From IMG/VR virus record IMGVR_UViG_3300036940_000207, positions 5,749 to 69,748 of that record: DNA of 64,000 nt; one strand, 5' to 3'. Positions 10,788 through 21,083 of this stretch are shown here, one piece after another. A program made the translations under genes and the position numbers. Within the stretch, counting starts at the first letter, position 1. Every line of letters begins with the position of its first letter. The DNA comes from a virus (taxonomy: Duplodnaviria > Caudoviricetes). Under the pieces are notes generated by a model, which searched no databases, was not told the origin of the DNA, and was given only the letters and a program-made list of their open reading frames with translations.

Positions 10788-10799
10788 TATTTATAAATA
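10788..10799. promoter_or_regulatory. Overlapping divergent T4-type late promoters
   Basis: Palindrome TATTTATAAATA gives TATAAATA on both strands, between divergent genes at 10759 and 10831. Confidence 0.75.
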
Positions 10800-10830
10800 C
10801 TATTGAAGAAATTATAAATGGAGAATTATA

Positions 10831-11288
10831 ATGAGATTATACAATTATCTAAGTGAAAATGAGTTAAATGAATCTATCAAATCAACATTTACCTCCATAG
10901 TTAAAGATCTTACCAAAAAATCTGAAGATCAAATGAAATCAATATTGAAGAAAATTGGGATAAATTAGTATCTTATATTAAGAAGAATAATTTAGAGGAT
11001 GAGTTTCAGAAAATATCTAGAAGGGCTTTTGGTAAGAAGATAAACATTAATGAAATGAATGAAGTGACTGCTGAACCTGAAAAGAAGGGATTCAAGAACT
11101 GATTAAAAAGCTTATTGTTTCAAGGTAGAATTGGTGCTGGAATATTTACATCATTACAAATATTCTTTGAGTTAGATGTATTAATAGAAGGTGATATACC
11201 AGATCCTAAAAGACTTCTTATATATGCATTCTTATGGTTAGCATTATCTTCATGAATATATAAGGATTGAAAGAAGGGAGAAGCCTAA
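10831..11288 (+). pseudogene. Hypothetical protein with a 1-nt frameshift near 10952
   Basis: MRLYNYLSE start; frame resumes after an A-run and continues through TGA codons to TAA 11288. Confidence 0.5.
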
Positions 11289-11403
11289 GTGGTAACTAAT
11301 CCCTAAATAAGACCAATTTTGTACCTAAAGTGGTAAATGGTCATAAAAATTTCCGGGGTTTGGGGTAAACCATCCCTAAATTTTACTATAAGGAGAACTA
11401 AAT

Positions 11404-11811
11404 ATGAGATTATATGAAAAATATTTGGAAGAAGAAGATATTGAAATTGATGAATATTTATCTGATCTTGAGGAAGCTGTATTTGACTTAATCGACTCTT
11501 TAGATGAAGATCAACTTAACGAAGATCAACAAGATATAATTGATGATATTCTTGAATTGACAGAAGATGAAAGTGATGATATAGATGATGAATTGGATGA
11601 AGCAAGGACAGAAAGAGTTGTTAGAGGTGGTAAGAAAGTAAGGAAGTTGAAGAGAAAACCTGGGTATAAAGTGAAGAACGGGCGGTATGTTAAAATCAGC
11701 TCTTCAGAAAAACGAAAACGATCCAGGGGTGCCAAGAAGGGTGCAAGAAAAAGAAAATCACAAAAATCAAGTATTGAGAGAAAACGTAAGCGTTCAATGA
11801 AAAAAAGATAA
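11404..11811 (+). CDS. Prohead core-like protein (acidic N-half, K/R-rich C-half; T4 gp68-like)
   Basis: Charge-bipartite 135 aa; RVVRGGK...RKRSRGAKKGARKRK; MRLYEKYLEE start. Confidence 0.55.
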   Translation: MRLYEKYLEEEDIEIDEYLSDLEEAVFDLIDSLDEDQLNEDQQDIIDDILELTEDESDDIDDELDEARTERVVRGGKKVRKLKRKPGYKVKNGRYVKISSSEKRKRSRGAKKGARKRKSQKSSIERKRKRSMKKR

Positions 11812-11822
11812 AAATATTTGTA

Positions 11823-11913
11823 AGAGGGACAGAGGGTAGCTCCCTTTGATTGAATACCCTTACTATTCAATCTAACCTCTATATTACTTTATTCAGTAAG
11901 GGAGAATAAAATG
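11823..11913 (+). promoter_or_regulatory. Structured RNA leader A of endonuclease gene
   Basis: Three-way junction; loop ACCCTTACT complementary to SD region AGTAAGGG. Confidence 0.7.
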
Positions 11914-12999
11914 GCAAAGAGATTAACATATGATCATGTAAAACATTCTATTGAAAAAGAGGGTTATGAATTATTAAGTGATGGGTACAAAAATGACAAC
12001 ACAAAATTAAAAATTCAATGTTCTGAAGGTCATATATTTGAAATGAGGTATAGAGCTTTTTATATGGGGCAAAGATGTCCAACTTGTGCAAGAATAAAAA
12101 GAGGAATGTTAAAAAGAAACACATTTCAATGTGTTAAAAGATTTATAGAAAATGAAGGATATAAACTTATTTCTAAAGAATATAAAAACGCACACACTAA
12201 GTTACAGATCAAATGTCCAGAAGAACATAGATTTGAAATGAAATTTAACGCTTTCCAACAAGGTCAAAGATGTCCTGAATGTGCCATTAAAAGAAATAAT
12301 GATCTAAAAAGATTTGATTATAAAGACGTAAAAAATTATATCGAATCCTTTGAAGGATATAAATTGCTGAGTGAAGAATATATAGGTTCTAATACAAAAC
12401 TAAAAATTCAATGTTCTGAAGGTCATATATTTAAAATGACCTTCGCTTGTTTTAAAAACCGTGGTCAAAGATGTCCTAAATGTTTTGGTAATAAGAGATT
12501 AACTAACCAAGAGATTATTGATTCACTAATCTTTTGTGAAAATATTAGAGAAAATAAAAATGAAGAAGTAGAAGTTACATGTGCATACTGTGGTGAATGG
12601 TTCATTCCTAAAAGATCAAATCTAACATATAGAATTCTATATGTTAATGGTGAAAAAAATAAAGAATCTAGATTGTATTGTTCACAACAATGTAAAGATA
12701 ATTGTCCCACGTATAATCAAAAATTATATCCCAAAGATTTTAAACCAGCAACATCAAGAGAAGTTCAACCTCAGTTAAGGCAAATGGTTTTTGAACGTGA
12801 TAATTATACATGTCAGCGATGTAACACTCATAAAGATGAATTAGAATGTGGTATACATTGTCACCATATATTACCATTAAATGAAGATCCGATACAATCA
12901 GCAGATGTAGATACATGTATAACCTATTGTGAGAATTGTCATAAGTGGATACATCAGAATGTTGCTGGTTGCGGATATGGTGAAATGAGGTGTGTATAA
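11911..12999 (+). CDS. HNH endonuclease with repeated Zn-finger units (putative homing endonuclease)
   Basis: Three GY.L.S..Y...TKL.I.C.E.H.F...GQRCP.C repeats; C-terminal CQRC...HCHHI...CENCH. Confidence 0.8.
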   Translation: MAKRLTYDHVKHSIEKEGYELLSDGYKNDNTKLKIQCSEGHIFEMRYRAFYMGQRCPTCARIKRGMLKRNTFQCVKRFIENEGYKLISKEYKNAHTKLQIKCPEEHRFEMKFNAFQQGQRCPECAIKRNNDLKRFDYKDVKNYIESFEGYKLLSEEYIGSNTKLKIQCSEGHIFKMTFACFKNRGQRCPKCFGNKRLTNQEIIDSLIFCENIRENKNEEVEVTCAYCGEWFIPKRSNLTYRILYVNGEKNKESRLYCSQQCKDNCPTYNQKLYPKDFKPATSREVQPQLRQMVFERDNYTCQRCNTHKDELECGIHCHHILPLNEDPIQSADVDTCITYCENCHKWIHQNVAGCGYGEMRCV

Positions 13000-13026
13000 T
13001 AAATAAGAAATGAGAAGGAGATCTTA

Positions 13027-13389
13027 ATGAGATTAAATAATTACTTAAATGAACGGAAAGGAAAGGCGTTGCCCTAATCACAAAGAAGAAAGATAAATAA
13101 AGAAGTTCAAAAATTACTCCAACCGACCTATTTCAAACAAATTCCATTACAAGATTTGTTTGATATATTAGATAAGTATGGCATTGTTCCGGTACAAGAA
13201 GATAACACATACTGGTCAGGTATGCTAGCTGGTGGAGTTAAAGATACTGTTCAGACATATTTTGAACTTGCCTGGAAAGATAGTAAAGAAGGTAAAACAT
13301 ATACAGAACCAGTAAATAATGCTATGTTAGCATTATCCTATTATAAAATGCCTTCTGGTAAATATGAGGTCATTGGATATATAACATAA
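13027..13389 (+). pseudogene. Hypothetical protein with in-frame TAA at 13075
   Basis: MRLNNYLNE start with AAGGAG RBS; the frame stays open after the TAA. Confidence 0.5.
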
Positions 13390-13399
13390 GGAGGATAAG

Positions 13400-13588
13400 A
13401 TGAATATATTAGAAAAATTAAATACTTATATTCAAGAATTTGATTCTTTAATTGAAAATGAAGATAAATATGAGAAAATATTTAAGAAAAAGTTAAAGGA
13501 ATGAGGTGTTGATAAGGCAAGTGAATTATCAAATAAGGATAAGAAGAAATTTTTTGATGAAATTGAGAAGGAATGAAAAGGGAAATAG
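13400..13588 (+). CDS. Small head-associated hypothetical protein, code 4
   Basis: KKKLKEWGV...KKKFFDEIEKEWKG; both W are TGA. Confidence 0.65.
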
Positions 13589-13590
13589 TT

Positions 13591-14324
13591 ATGAGATTAT
13601 ATGATTATCTAAATGAATCAAGAACTAAATCAATTCCTGAATTTAAAGCTCTTGATACTATAGTAACTGAATGTAAAGATATTGCTAGTAGATTTTTAGA
13701 TGATATATATATATCATGAGAGGAAGTAGAACAACTGAAGATTTTCTACATTTAAAACCTGGAAATGAATTAAGAAAATCTGCTCACACATCTAATTATT
13801 ATACACTTTTCATTAATAATCATCCATTATGAAAAGATTATCCTAAGAGACAAATAATATGTTCAGGTGGAAGTGGTGAAAGAGCAATGGCACATTTATC
13901 AAGAACTGTATATTATGTATTTCCAATAGATAGATCTAAAATAGGCATTTGTCCAGATGATGATATTTGATCATCCTTTGATGATCAAATATTAAGATAT
14001 TTTGAAATTAGAGATGTCTCTAATTTAGATCAATTTAACCAAATGTTGGATTATTATGGTTTTAGTGATGATAATTGACAAACATTTAAAAAACAATTGC
14101 AAACTGAAGAAATTGATGTGAAGAATAATAAAAATATGAATGCTATGAAATTATTAGAAGAAGTACTTAATCCTAATAAAAATGGATTTAAAGTTGAAAC
14201 TACTAATAATTTAAGTTTAAATTCATTAGATAATCAAGAAGTATGATTAGATAGTGAATGTATATTAGTTAGTTATAGTCAAAAAGAAAAATTAGAAAAT
14301 TTATTTAGAGATGAAGGATTATAA
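13591..14324 (+). pseudogene. ART-like paralog 4 with a frameshift at or next to an (AT)6 tract near 13710
   Basis: MRLYDYLNE; RG, YYVFP and NQEVWLDSE motifs. Confidence 0.5.
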
Positions 14325-14336
14325 GGAGAAATTATC

Positions 14337-14579
14337 ATGCCAGCAAATTTAGTTAAATCAGTTCAAAATAAATGTAACATGTCTAAAGAAGAAGCTGAAA
14401 AGAAATGAAAAGAAGCTAAACAAAAAGCTTCAGATCAAGGTCATAGTGAAGAATGAGATTATGTTGTTGAAATTTTTAAACATTTAGTAGGCAAGAAATG
14501 TGCTAACAAAATGGGATGAGATTTAAGTAAGAAAACTAATGAAGGAATACAATATATTATAGATAAATATCTGAATTAA
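14337..14579 (+). CDS. Small hypothetical protein, code 4
   Basis: AAGGAG RBS; three TGA read as W. Confidence 0.6.
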
Positions 14580-14594
14580 TTAAGGAATAATTTC

Positions 14595-15053
14595 ATGTCT
14601 TACATGCATAGTAAGGAAAATAAGGATACTACCAGATATTATCCTAAAAATAAAGAGAAATGTGATAAACAATATTATATCACACGTTCTTCATGAGAGT
14701 ATAAACTATTACAATGATGTGATATCAATTCTAATGTTTTGAAATGATCATCTGAACCAATAGGCATCCCTTATCAACATCCTATAAAAATGAGGGATGC
14801 CAGATACTATCCAGATGTATTGATTAAATGTAAAACTAAAAGTGGTAATGTTAAAGTATATCTCATAGAAGTAAAACCTTACAAAGAATGTAAACCACCT
14901 ATCAAATCAAAGGGCAAATCGAAGAAGACTATGCTTTATGAAGCTAAAACATGAGAAGTTAATAAAGCAAAATGAAAAGCTGCTCAAAGATATTGTAAAT
15001 TGAAGGGTTGAACATTTAAAATTATTACTGAGAAAGAACTATTTGGAAAATAA
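14595..15053 (+). CDS. gp4: Head completion nuclease (T4 gp4-like), code 4
   Basis: RSSWE, QWCD, WSSE, YYPD, IEVKP, NKAKW, GWTF; all six Trp are TGA. Confidence 0.9.
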
Positions 15054-15059
15054 ATTGAT

Positions 15060-15254
15060 TTAATTCTTCCTTATTGAAATTAAACAATTTTTATGACCAA
15101 AATGATCAGAACATTTATATCTTGTATATCTATCAGGTTTATATTCTCTTTCCTCTATTTGATGATAAATTTCATCACAATACTTTCCACAAATTTCACA
15201 TTTTCCAAAATATTCTGATGAATATTTTTTCCTAATCAATTTATATCTATACAT
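15060..15254 (-). CDS. Small Cys-containing hypothetical protein
   Basis: CEICGKYC motif, RBS present. Confidence 0.55.
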   Translation of the reverse strand: MYRYKLIRKKYSSEYFGKCEICGKYCDEIYHQIEEREYKPDRYTRYKCSDHFGHKNCLISIRKN

Positions 15255-15266
15255 AATATCCTCTTT

Positions 15267-15608
15267 CTATATTAACTTATAATCTTTACATATAGAATCT
15301 ATAATTTTATCCTGATCAGGTCCAACACCAATACATGTATAAGTTTTGTTACTAAATTCAGTTAATCCCAAATCTTGTACTAAAAAATTTGGAATATTGT
15401 TTTGATTACATAAATCTTTGATTTTAAATAATTCTTGTTCATCTCTACATCCAACAACAATCTTCTTATAGTTATCTTCTAACCATTTAGTAATTTTATC
15501 TGAACCGAAATGATTATATAATATCATAGTAGATGCGTGAGCAACTTGAGCCGCAACTTTACCCTTCCTCATATTTAAATCAGTTCTAACTATAATTACT
15601 TGTTTCAT
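15267..15608 (-). CDS. pth2: Peptidyl-tRNA hydrolase, Pth2 family
   Basis: KQVIIVRTDLNMRKGKVAAQVAHAS, QDLGLTE, CIGVGP; TGA-free. Confidence 0.92.
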   Translation of the reverse strand: MKQVIIVRTDLNMRKGKVAAQVAHASTMILYNHFGSDKITKWLEDNYKKIVVGCRDEQELFKIKDLCNQNNIPNFLVQDLGLTEFSNKTYTCIGVGPDQDKIIDSICKDYKLI

Positions 15609-15786
15609 TATACCCCTCATTTAATTTATCTATTTCTTCTTTTAATTCAGCAAATAAACAATAATTATCACATATAGGTTCATCATACTTAGTTGTTTCT
15701 TCAACACAATTATTATATATGAAATTAGCAGCAACTCTCATTAAATAAACAAATCTTGGTTCATTCTTTCCTCGTACAACTTCCAT
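15586..15786 (-). CDS. Hypothetical early protein
   Basis: ATG 15786 just after the trpS stop. Confidence 0.55.
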   Translation of the reverse strand: MEVVRGKNEPRFVYLMRVAANFIYNNCVEETTKYDEPICDNYCLFAELKEEIDKLNEGYNETSNYS

Positions 15787-15787
15787 A

Positions 15788-16756
15788 TTATATCCCCATA
15801 CTATGTTTGATACCATCCATTATATTTTCTTTAATATATTTCCTAATATTATTTCTTGAAAAATTGATACATTCTAACTCTAATTCATGTTCTTGTCCTT
15901 CTAGTTCTTTATATCGTTCTCTTGCTTCTCCTATATCTCTATTAACTAAATCAAATGTTCTTTCCTTTACATACTTCCAACTTAATCCATTATTCATATC
16001 TACCTTTAAATCAAATACTTCTTGATTTATACTAAATAATTCAAATAATTGAGTAATTGGAGATTCATTAAATTCTTTGGGAACTCCATCACCTTTATCA
16101 TTTGTTTTAATTGAGAATATATGTTTTCTCAATTTTTTCTCAGTACAGAATAATGGAATAATATTGTTATAACTCTTACTCATTTTCCTACCATCATAGC
16201 CTGGAATACTATGATGAGAAATTATTGGTTCAGGTACAGATAATAGATTAGATTTACGTTCATAATTAAATTTATTAACTATATCATTTGCCATTTCTAT
16301 ATGTTGAACCTGATCTGGACCTATTGTTACATACTTAGTATTGAATGAAACCAAATCTGCTGTCATTAATACAGGATATGTATATAATAATGTATTAACT
16401 CCTTTATCACTATCTTTACCCTTATGTTCATTATCATCTTTGATTGCTCTATATGCATGTGCTCTATTAAGTAATCCCTTAGATGTATATGCAGATAATA
16501 TAACATCTAATACCATAATTTCAGGAATTTGTGATTGAATCACAATATTATGAATATTAAAAGATTTTAGTATTCTAATAATTTCTTGTCTGTTTTTTAC
16601 AAGAATTTTTTTATCTTGGACAGAGGTAAGAGCGTGAAGATCTGCTATCAAAAATATAGTTTCATCTTTAAAAGGTAATATTGGTTTAATAGTAGATATA
16701 TAATTACCAAGATGTAATACACCTGTTGGTTTTATACCTGTAAGATATTTAAACAT
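15788..16756 (-). CDS. trpS: Tryptophanyl-tRNA synthetase, bacterial type
   Basis: TGIKPTGVLHLGNY (HIGH), YPVLMTAD, GPDQVQHIE, KMSKS; TGA-free. Confidence 0.95.
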   Translation of the reverse strand: MFKYLTGIKPTGVLHLGNYISTIKPILPFKDETIFLIADLHALTSVQDKKILVKNRQEIIRILKSFNIHNIVIQSQIPEIMVLDVILSAYTSKGLLNRAHAYRAIKDDNEHKGKDSDKGVNTLLYTYPVLMTADLVSFNTKYVTIGPDQVQHIEMANDIVNKFNYERKSNLLSVPEPIISHHSIPGYDGRKMSKSYNNIIPLFCTEKKLRKHIFSIKTNDKGDGVPKEFNESPITQLFELFSINQEVFDLKVDMNNGLSWKYVKERTFDLVNRDIGEARERYKELEGQEHELELECINFSRNNIRKYIKENIMDGIKHSMGI

Positions 16757-16967
16757 CTATCATCTCCATCGTTAATCGTAAAACTTGTGATAATTCTTTA
16801 CTAATTTTATCAAAAAATTCTAATTCATCAATGGCATCTTCTAATAACTGAAATTTTAGTTCACGTTTGGCTCCTTGAAGACTGTATCCTAAATTTTCAT
16901 GAAGGTCAACGATATCTTTAGGAGATATAGGTATTAAATTTCCATCTTCATCAAATATATTATTCAT
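16749..16967 (-). CDS. Hypothetical early protein
   Basis: 72 aa ORF in operon. Confidence 0.55.
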   Translation of the reverse strand: MNNIFDEDGNLIPISPKDIVDLHENLGYSLQGAKRELKFQLLEDAIDELEFFDKISKELSQVLRLTMEMIDV

Positions 16968-16970
16968 AAT

Positions 16971-17180
16971 TTAAATTCCTATTCTTGTAAATTTAAAATT
17001 TGGATCTCTTAGTGGACAATTTTTGGGAAAATTATTCGTAATCAATCACTCATTTATTACATTAAATACAGATTCATCTAAACTACACATGAACCTTTCT
17101 TCATATTGTAATAGAAAAGGACAAGATAGACAACCCTTAATTATTACTTCATTCCTTTCTTTATCATAATTATATCTCAT
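16971..17180 (-). CDS. Small Cys-rich protein with one in-frame TGA
   Basis: GCLSCPF...NE(TGA)LITNNFPKNCPL. Confidence 0.55.
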
Positions 17181-17183
17181 ATT

Positions 17184-17399
17184 TTACTCCTGTTTAGGTG
17201 GAAATTTAGAAAATGCCCTTTCTAAATGTTTAATAGGATTAGTAGGTTCACATTCATGTATATGTTCATAAATTTTATATCTTAAAACTGTATAATGTAC
17301 CCACTTACTTATTAAATTAAGTTGTTCATATGATTCACAAGAATCTATTGTTCTGATCAACTTTACATTTGCTATCCACCATTTAGGAAATAAATTCAT
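17184..17399 (-). CDS. Hypothetical early protein
   Basis: AAGGAG RBS; three Trp, all TGG. Confidence 0.6.
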   Translation of the reverse strand: MNLFPKWWIANVKLIRTIDSCESYEQLNLISKWVHYTVLRYKIYEHIHECEPTNPIKHLERAFSKFPPKQE

Positions 17400-17422
17400 A
17401 ATTCTCTCCTTTGTTTAAACCA

Positions 17423-17451
17423 ACTATAGTATAAATTTTTATAGTTGTCAA
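17423..17451 (-). promoter_or_regulatory. Early promoter of the trpS/pth2 operon
   Basis: TTGACA-N17-TATAGT. Confidence 0.75.
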
Positions 17452-17467
17452 TATGCAATGTAGTATT

Positions 17468-17621
17468 CTAATCCCTACGGGATTATGGGATTCAGTCACT
17501 AACGTTCCTTCATCCCATTACAATGTACTATTTATTATTAACTTATTGCATTGCATAATATTGTCCTTCCTTTCATGTGTCTTGCAGAACATAGTCTAAC
17601 AAGGTTGGTTAGTTTTGTCAA
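17468..17621 (-). repeat. Early promoter/leader/hairpin module, copy 1
   Basis: TTGACAAAACT..TGTTAGACT promoter, GAAAGGAAGGA-AATATTATGCAAT, two hairpins; second copy at 33828-33974. Confidence 0.8.
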
Positions 17622-17673
17622 GTAAAAATTATATAAATATAGTAGTAAAGATAATTACAATTTGAATTTTTTT

Positions 17674-17759
17674 ATAGAAGGACAGAGGGTAGCTCCCTTT
17701 GAAAGTGCTACTCCACTTTCTAACTTCTATATAATATAACCTGAGTGGAGGAAGATATG
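17674..17759 (+). promoter_or_regulatory. Structured RNA leader B of endonuclease gene
   Basis: ATAGAAG/CTTCTAT outer stem, same P2 as leader A, CTCCACT complementary to AGTGGAG SD region. Confidence 0.7.
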
Positions 17760-19010
17760 AGTAAAGAATTGTTTGAATTTTATTTTGGTAATGAAAAGAA
17801 TGAGTTAGAAGAATTGAACAAATGAATTGAGAATAACTTATTAGATAAGAATGGTAATTGTAAATCTAAATTAATAAAAAATAAATGACCTAAAAGACAT
17901 AACCAAATAAAAAAATTAACAAAATTTCTTGATGAACATTATGATAATATTAATATTAAACAAAGATTGTGACATATTAGAAATGAAGATTTAACAATAC
18001 AGAGATGTAATAATAGTAAATGTAACAATATAGTAAGATTTTCCCGTAATAACTATAATATTTATTGTTCTAAGTTATGTTCTCATTCAAACAAACCCAG
18101 TGGTAAAAGATTATCAGATGAAGTGGTCAAAGAATCTGTAGAAAATGATGAAGGTTACATTTTATTAAATAGATATTATGAAAATAATTGACATTATATA
18201 ACAGTAAGATGTCCAAATGGACATGAATATACTGTTTTATATAATAATTGAAAGAAAGGTGCTAGATGTGCTGAGTGTAACGGAACAAAGAAACATGATT
18301 TTAATGATATTAAGAATGAATTTAAAAATGAAAATTATGAAATAATATCTGATGAATACAAAGGAACTAATTCTTGATTAGAATATATTTGTCCAAATGG
18401 TAGATATAATAAAGTAACATATAAAATGTGGAAAAAGGGACAAAGATGTGATTGTATAGAATGTATAAAAAACATTGATAACTACAGACACACATATACA
18501 CCATATGAATTATATAAAATAACAAGTGAAAGAGGTTATATATTAAAAGAATGGAAAAGAGTTGGGACGGATAAACATATAGTACTCTACTTAATTTGTT
18601 CTGAGAATCACCATATAAAAATGACATTAGGAAATTTTCTAAAAGGACATGATTGTAAACATTGCGCTTGAATTGATAAAAGAAAATATGAAAATTGTAA
18701 AGACTTGGATTTGTACAAGAAAGTTAATACTAGGTATATGTGTAGAAGTTATAAAAAATATAAAGATATTATAAATCCTTATAATCTTGAAAGAGATAGA
18801 GATAAATATCATGTGGATCATATATATTCTATATCAGATGGATTTTTGAATTCTGTTCCACCATATATTATTTCATCTCCAGTAAATTTACAAATGTTAT
18901 GATGCACAGATAACTCATCAAAGTGTGGAGAATCTTGAATGACAAAAGAAGAACTTTATGAAAGATATTGAAATTTTTACAAGGAAACAATAAATGGCAT
19001 TAACATTTAA
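17757..19010 (+). CDS. Putative homing endonuclease with Zn-finger repeats (417 aa), code 4
   Basis: CPNGH..., GARCAEC repeats; YHVDHIYS...NLQMLW C-terminal nuclease-like domain. Confidence 0.7.
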
Positions 19011-19473
19011 ATTTAAAAAGAAATCACATGGGGTTACATGAAAAAGTGGTCATATGTATAAATTTAGTTATTCTCCATATAATCAAGACCCAACCCCCCA
19101 AATTTTATACTGTTATACAACAGAGGGAATCCACCCCAGGACTGGGCATCAGCACAGGTATCATTCTGGCATCAATATCAGCTATTTACCTAGAAAGATT
19201 AGAAAAAAATTTGTTGAAGATTGAAGAAAAGAATTTAGTAAAAATAAGAATATGAAAATCACTTTAACTAACCTCAAACGAAAATATCCTTATCTAGAAG
19301 AATTTTTTCGAAGATACAATATTAAACCAAACTACTACATTCGCAATGTTCAAGAGATACCACCAGAAGATTGACAGAAAGAAGTAGTTAAATCATGACA
19401 CAAAGACTTCTCAGCAACTATTAGAAAGAAAATTGCATCTAAACTCAAAAGATTCTTTACTGGAAATAGATAA
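18994..19473 (+). CDS. DNA end-protector-like protein (T4 gp2-like), code 4
   Basis: GHMYKFSY, GINISYLP, RRY and EDW motifs. Confidence 0.6.
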
Positions 19474-19476
19474 GAT

Positions 19477-19779
19477 ATGATTAATAATAATTGTGAAATT
19501 TGTGGTAAAAATAGATTGTTAGAAACACATCATATAAGAAGTAAGTGTTTTAATGGTACAGATAAACCTTATAATCTTTGTTACTTATGTAGTAACTGTC
19601 ATAAGTTAGTTCATTGTGGTTTAATAATCATTGAAGGTAGATTTGATTGTACAAGTGGAAATATAGTTGTTTGAAGAAAATTAAATGAAAAATCTGTAAC
19701 AGGTTTTGAAGATCCAGAAGTCTACTTAATCCCTAATACAAAATATTTAAGAGACAACTATATTAAAAAACATATTTAA
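19477..19779 (+). CDS. Small HNH endonuclease, code 4
   Basis: CEICG..ETHHI...N...LCSNCH..VH. Confidence 0.8.
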
Positions 19780-19792
19780 GGATAGATTAGAT

Positions 19793-20026
19793 ATGATAGA
19801 AAATGGATGAATGGAATGAAAAAATTATGTACTTAATATGTTAGAGAAATTAGAGAACAGAATAGATAACATAGAAAAAGATAATACTGATATAAAGATA
19901 GAAATTACTAGAATTTTAACCAAATCAAAGATTTATGGAGCATTATTTGGATTTATTGGTGCTTCTATAGTTACTCTAATTATTGGTATAATTATAGAAT
20001 TGATAAAATTTGGTTTACTTTTATAA
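19793..20026 (+). CDS. Holin-like protein (coiled coil plus C-terminal TM), code 4
   Basis: MIENGWMEWKNYVLN (two TGA); hydrophobic C-terminus. Confidence 0.55.
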
Positions 20027-20048
20027 ATATGACAAAAGAGGAAGGTTT

Positions 20049-21083
20049 ATGTTTAATATGGTTGATAGTTTTGCTGATAGAATAACAAATTGAATTACTC
20101 ATAAAAATATTCAACAAATAAGAAAGTATGAGAATATTAAAGAAAGTAACAAAATAAAAGAAGATTTAAAAAAATTAAAAAATCTTACTCTTAAATTAAA
20201 TGAACAAGAAAAGGAAATTCTTGATTTAAAAGAAATGTATCATATGTTGTTTAACTCTTTATGAAATGGTGTTGTTATATTAAGAAAGTGAGGTGATAAA
20301 TACATAATTAAGGATATTAATAAATCCGCTGAAAGAGTGCCATATATAAGCAAAGAATATATTAATGATGATGTAAAACAAGTATTTCCTGAAAGTAAAG
20401 ATTTTTGTAAATTATTTGAAAAAATTGATAAGGTTGTGAATACAGGTAGTAAAGAAAGATTTACATTAAAATGTAATTTTAAAGAAAATATACATTACTG
20501 ATTTGAATCCTTTATATATAGTTTAAATTCAAATGATATAGTAATCATCTTTGAGGATTATACAAAGTATAAGAAACAAGAAATTGTTAATGAAAGAAAA
20601 AATAGACTACTCAATTGTTCATTAGAAGTAAGTAAATTATTACTGAAAAAATGTACATATAATGATATTAGAAATATTTTGAAGCAGTTAAGTGAATCTA
20701 CTGATACTGAAAGAGTATTTTTGTTTAAAAATATTAATGATGCAGTAGGTGAATTATATTCAGAATATAATAAAAGTGAACAAAGTTGAGAAATGGTTAA
20801 TTTTGAAGATGTTCCTAACGTTAAAGAATATTTAAGTAGTGGTCATTATATATGTGATTCAACTGTCCCGCCTAATTCTAAAGATTTACAATTTTGTGAA
20901 AAACATGGAATTGAATCTTTCTGTATAGTTCCAGTATTTAAAGAAGGAGAATGATGAGGGTTTTTAGGATTTGAAGAAAAAAACTATAAAAAGAATTGAA
21001 CCTTTGATGATGTTATTATATTACAAACAATATCTGATATGTTGGGTGTTGTATTAGAGAGGTGTATTGATGATAATATATAG
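20049..21083 (+). CDS. PAS-GAF sensory-domain protein with no output domain (344 aa), code 4
   Basis: FNSLWNGVVIL...DINKSAE (PAS); RVFLF...IVPVFKEGEWWGFLGFEE...WTFDDVIILQ (GAF). Confidence 0.75.
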
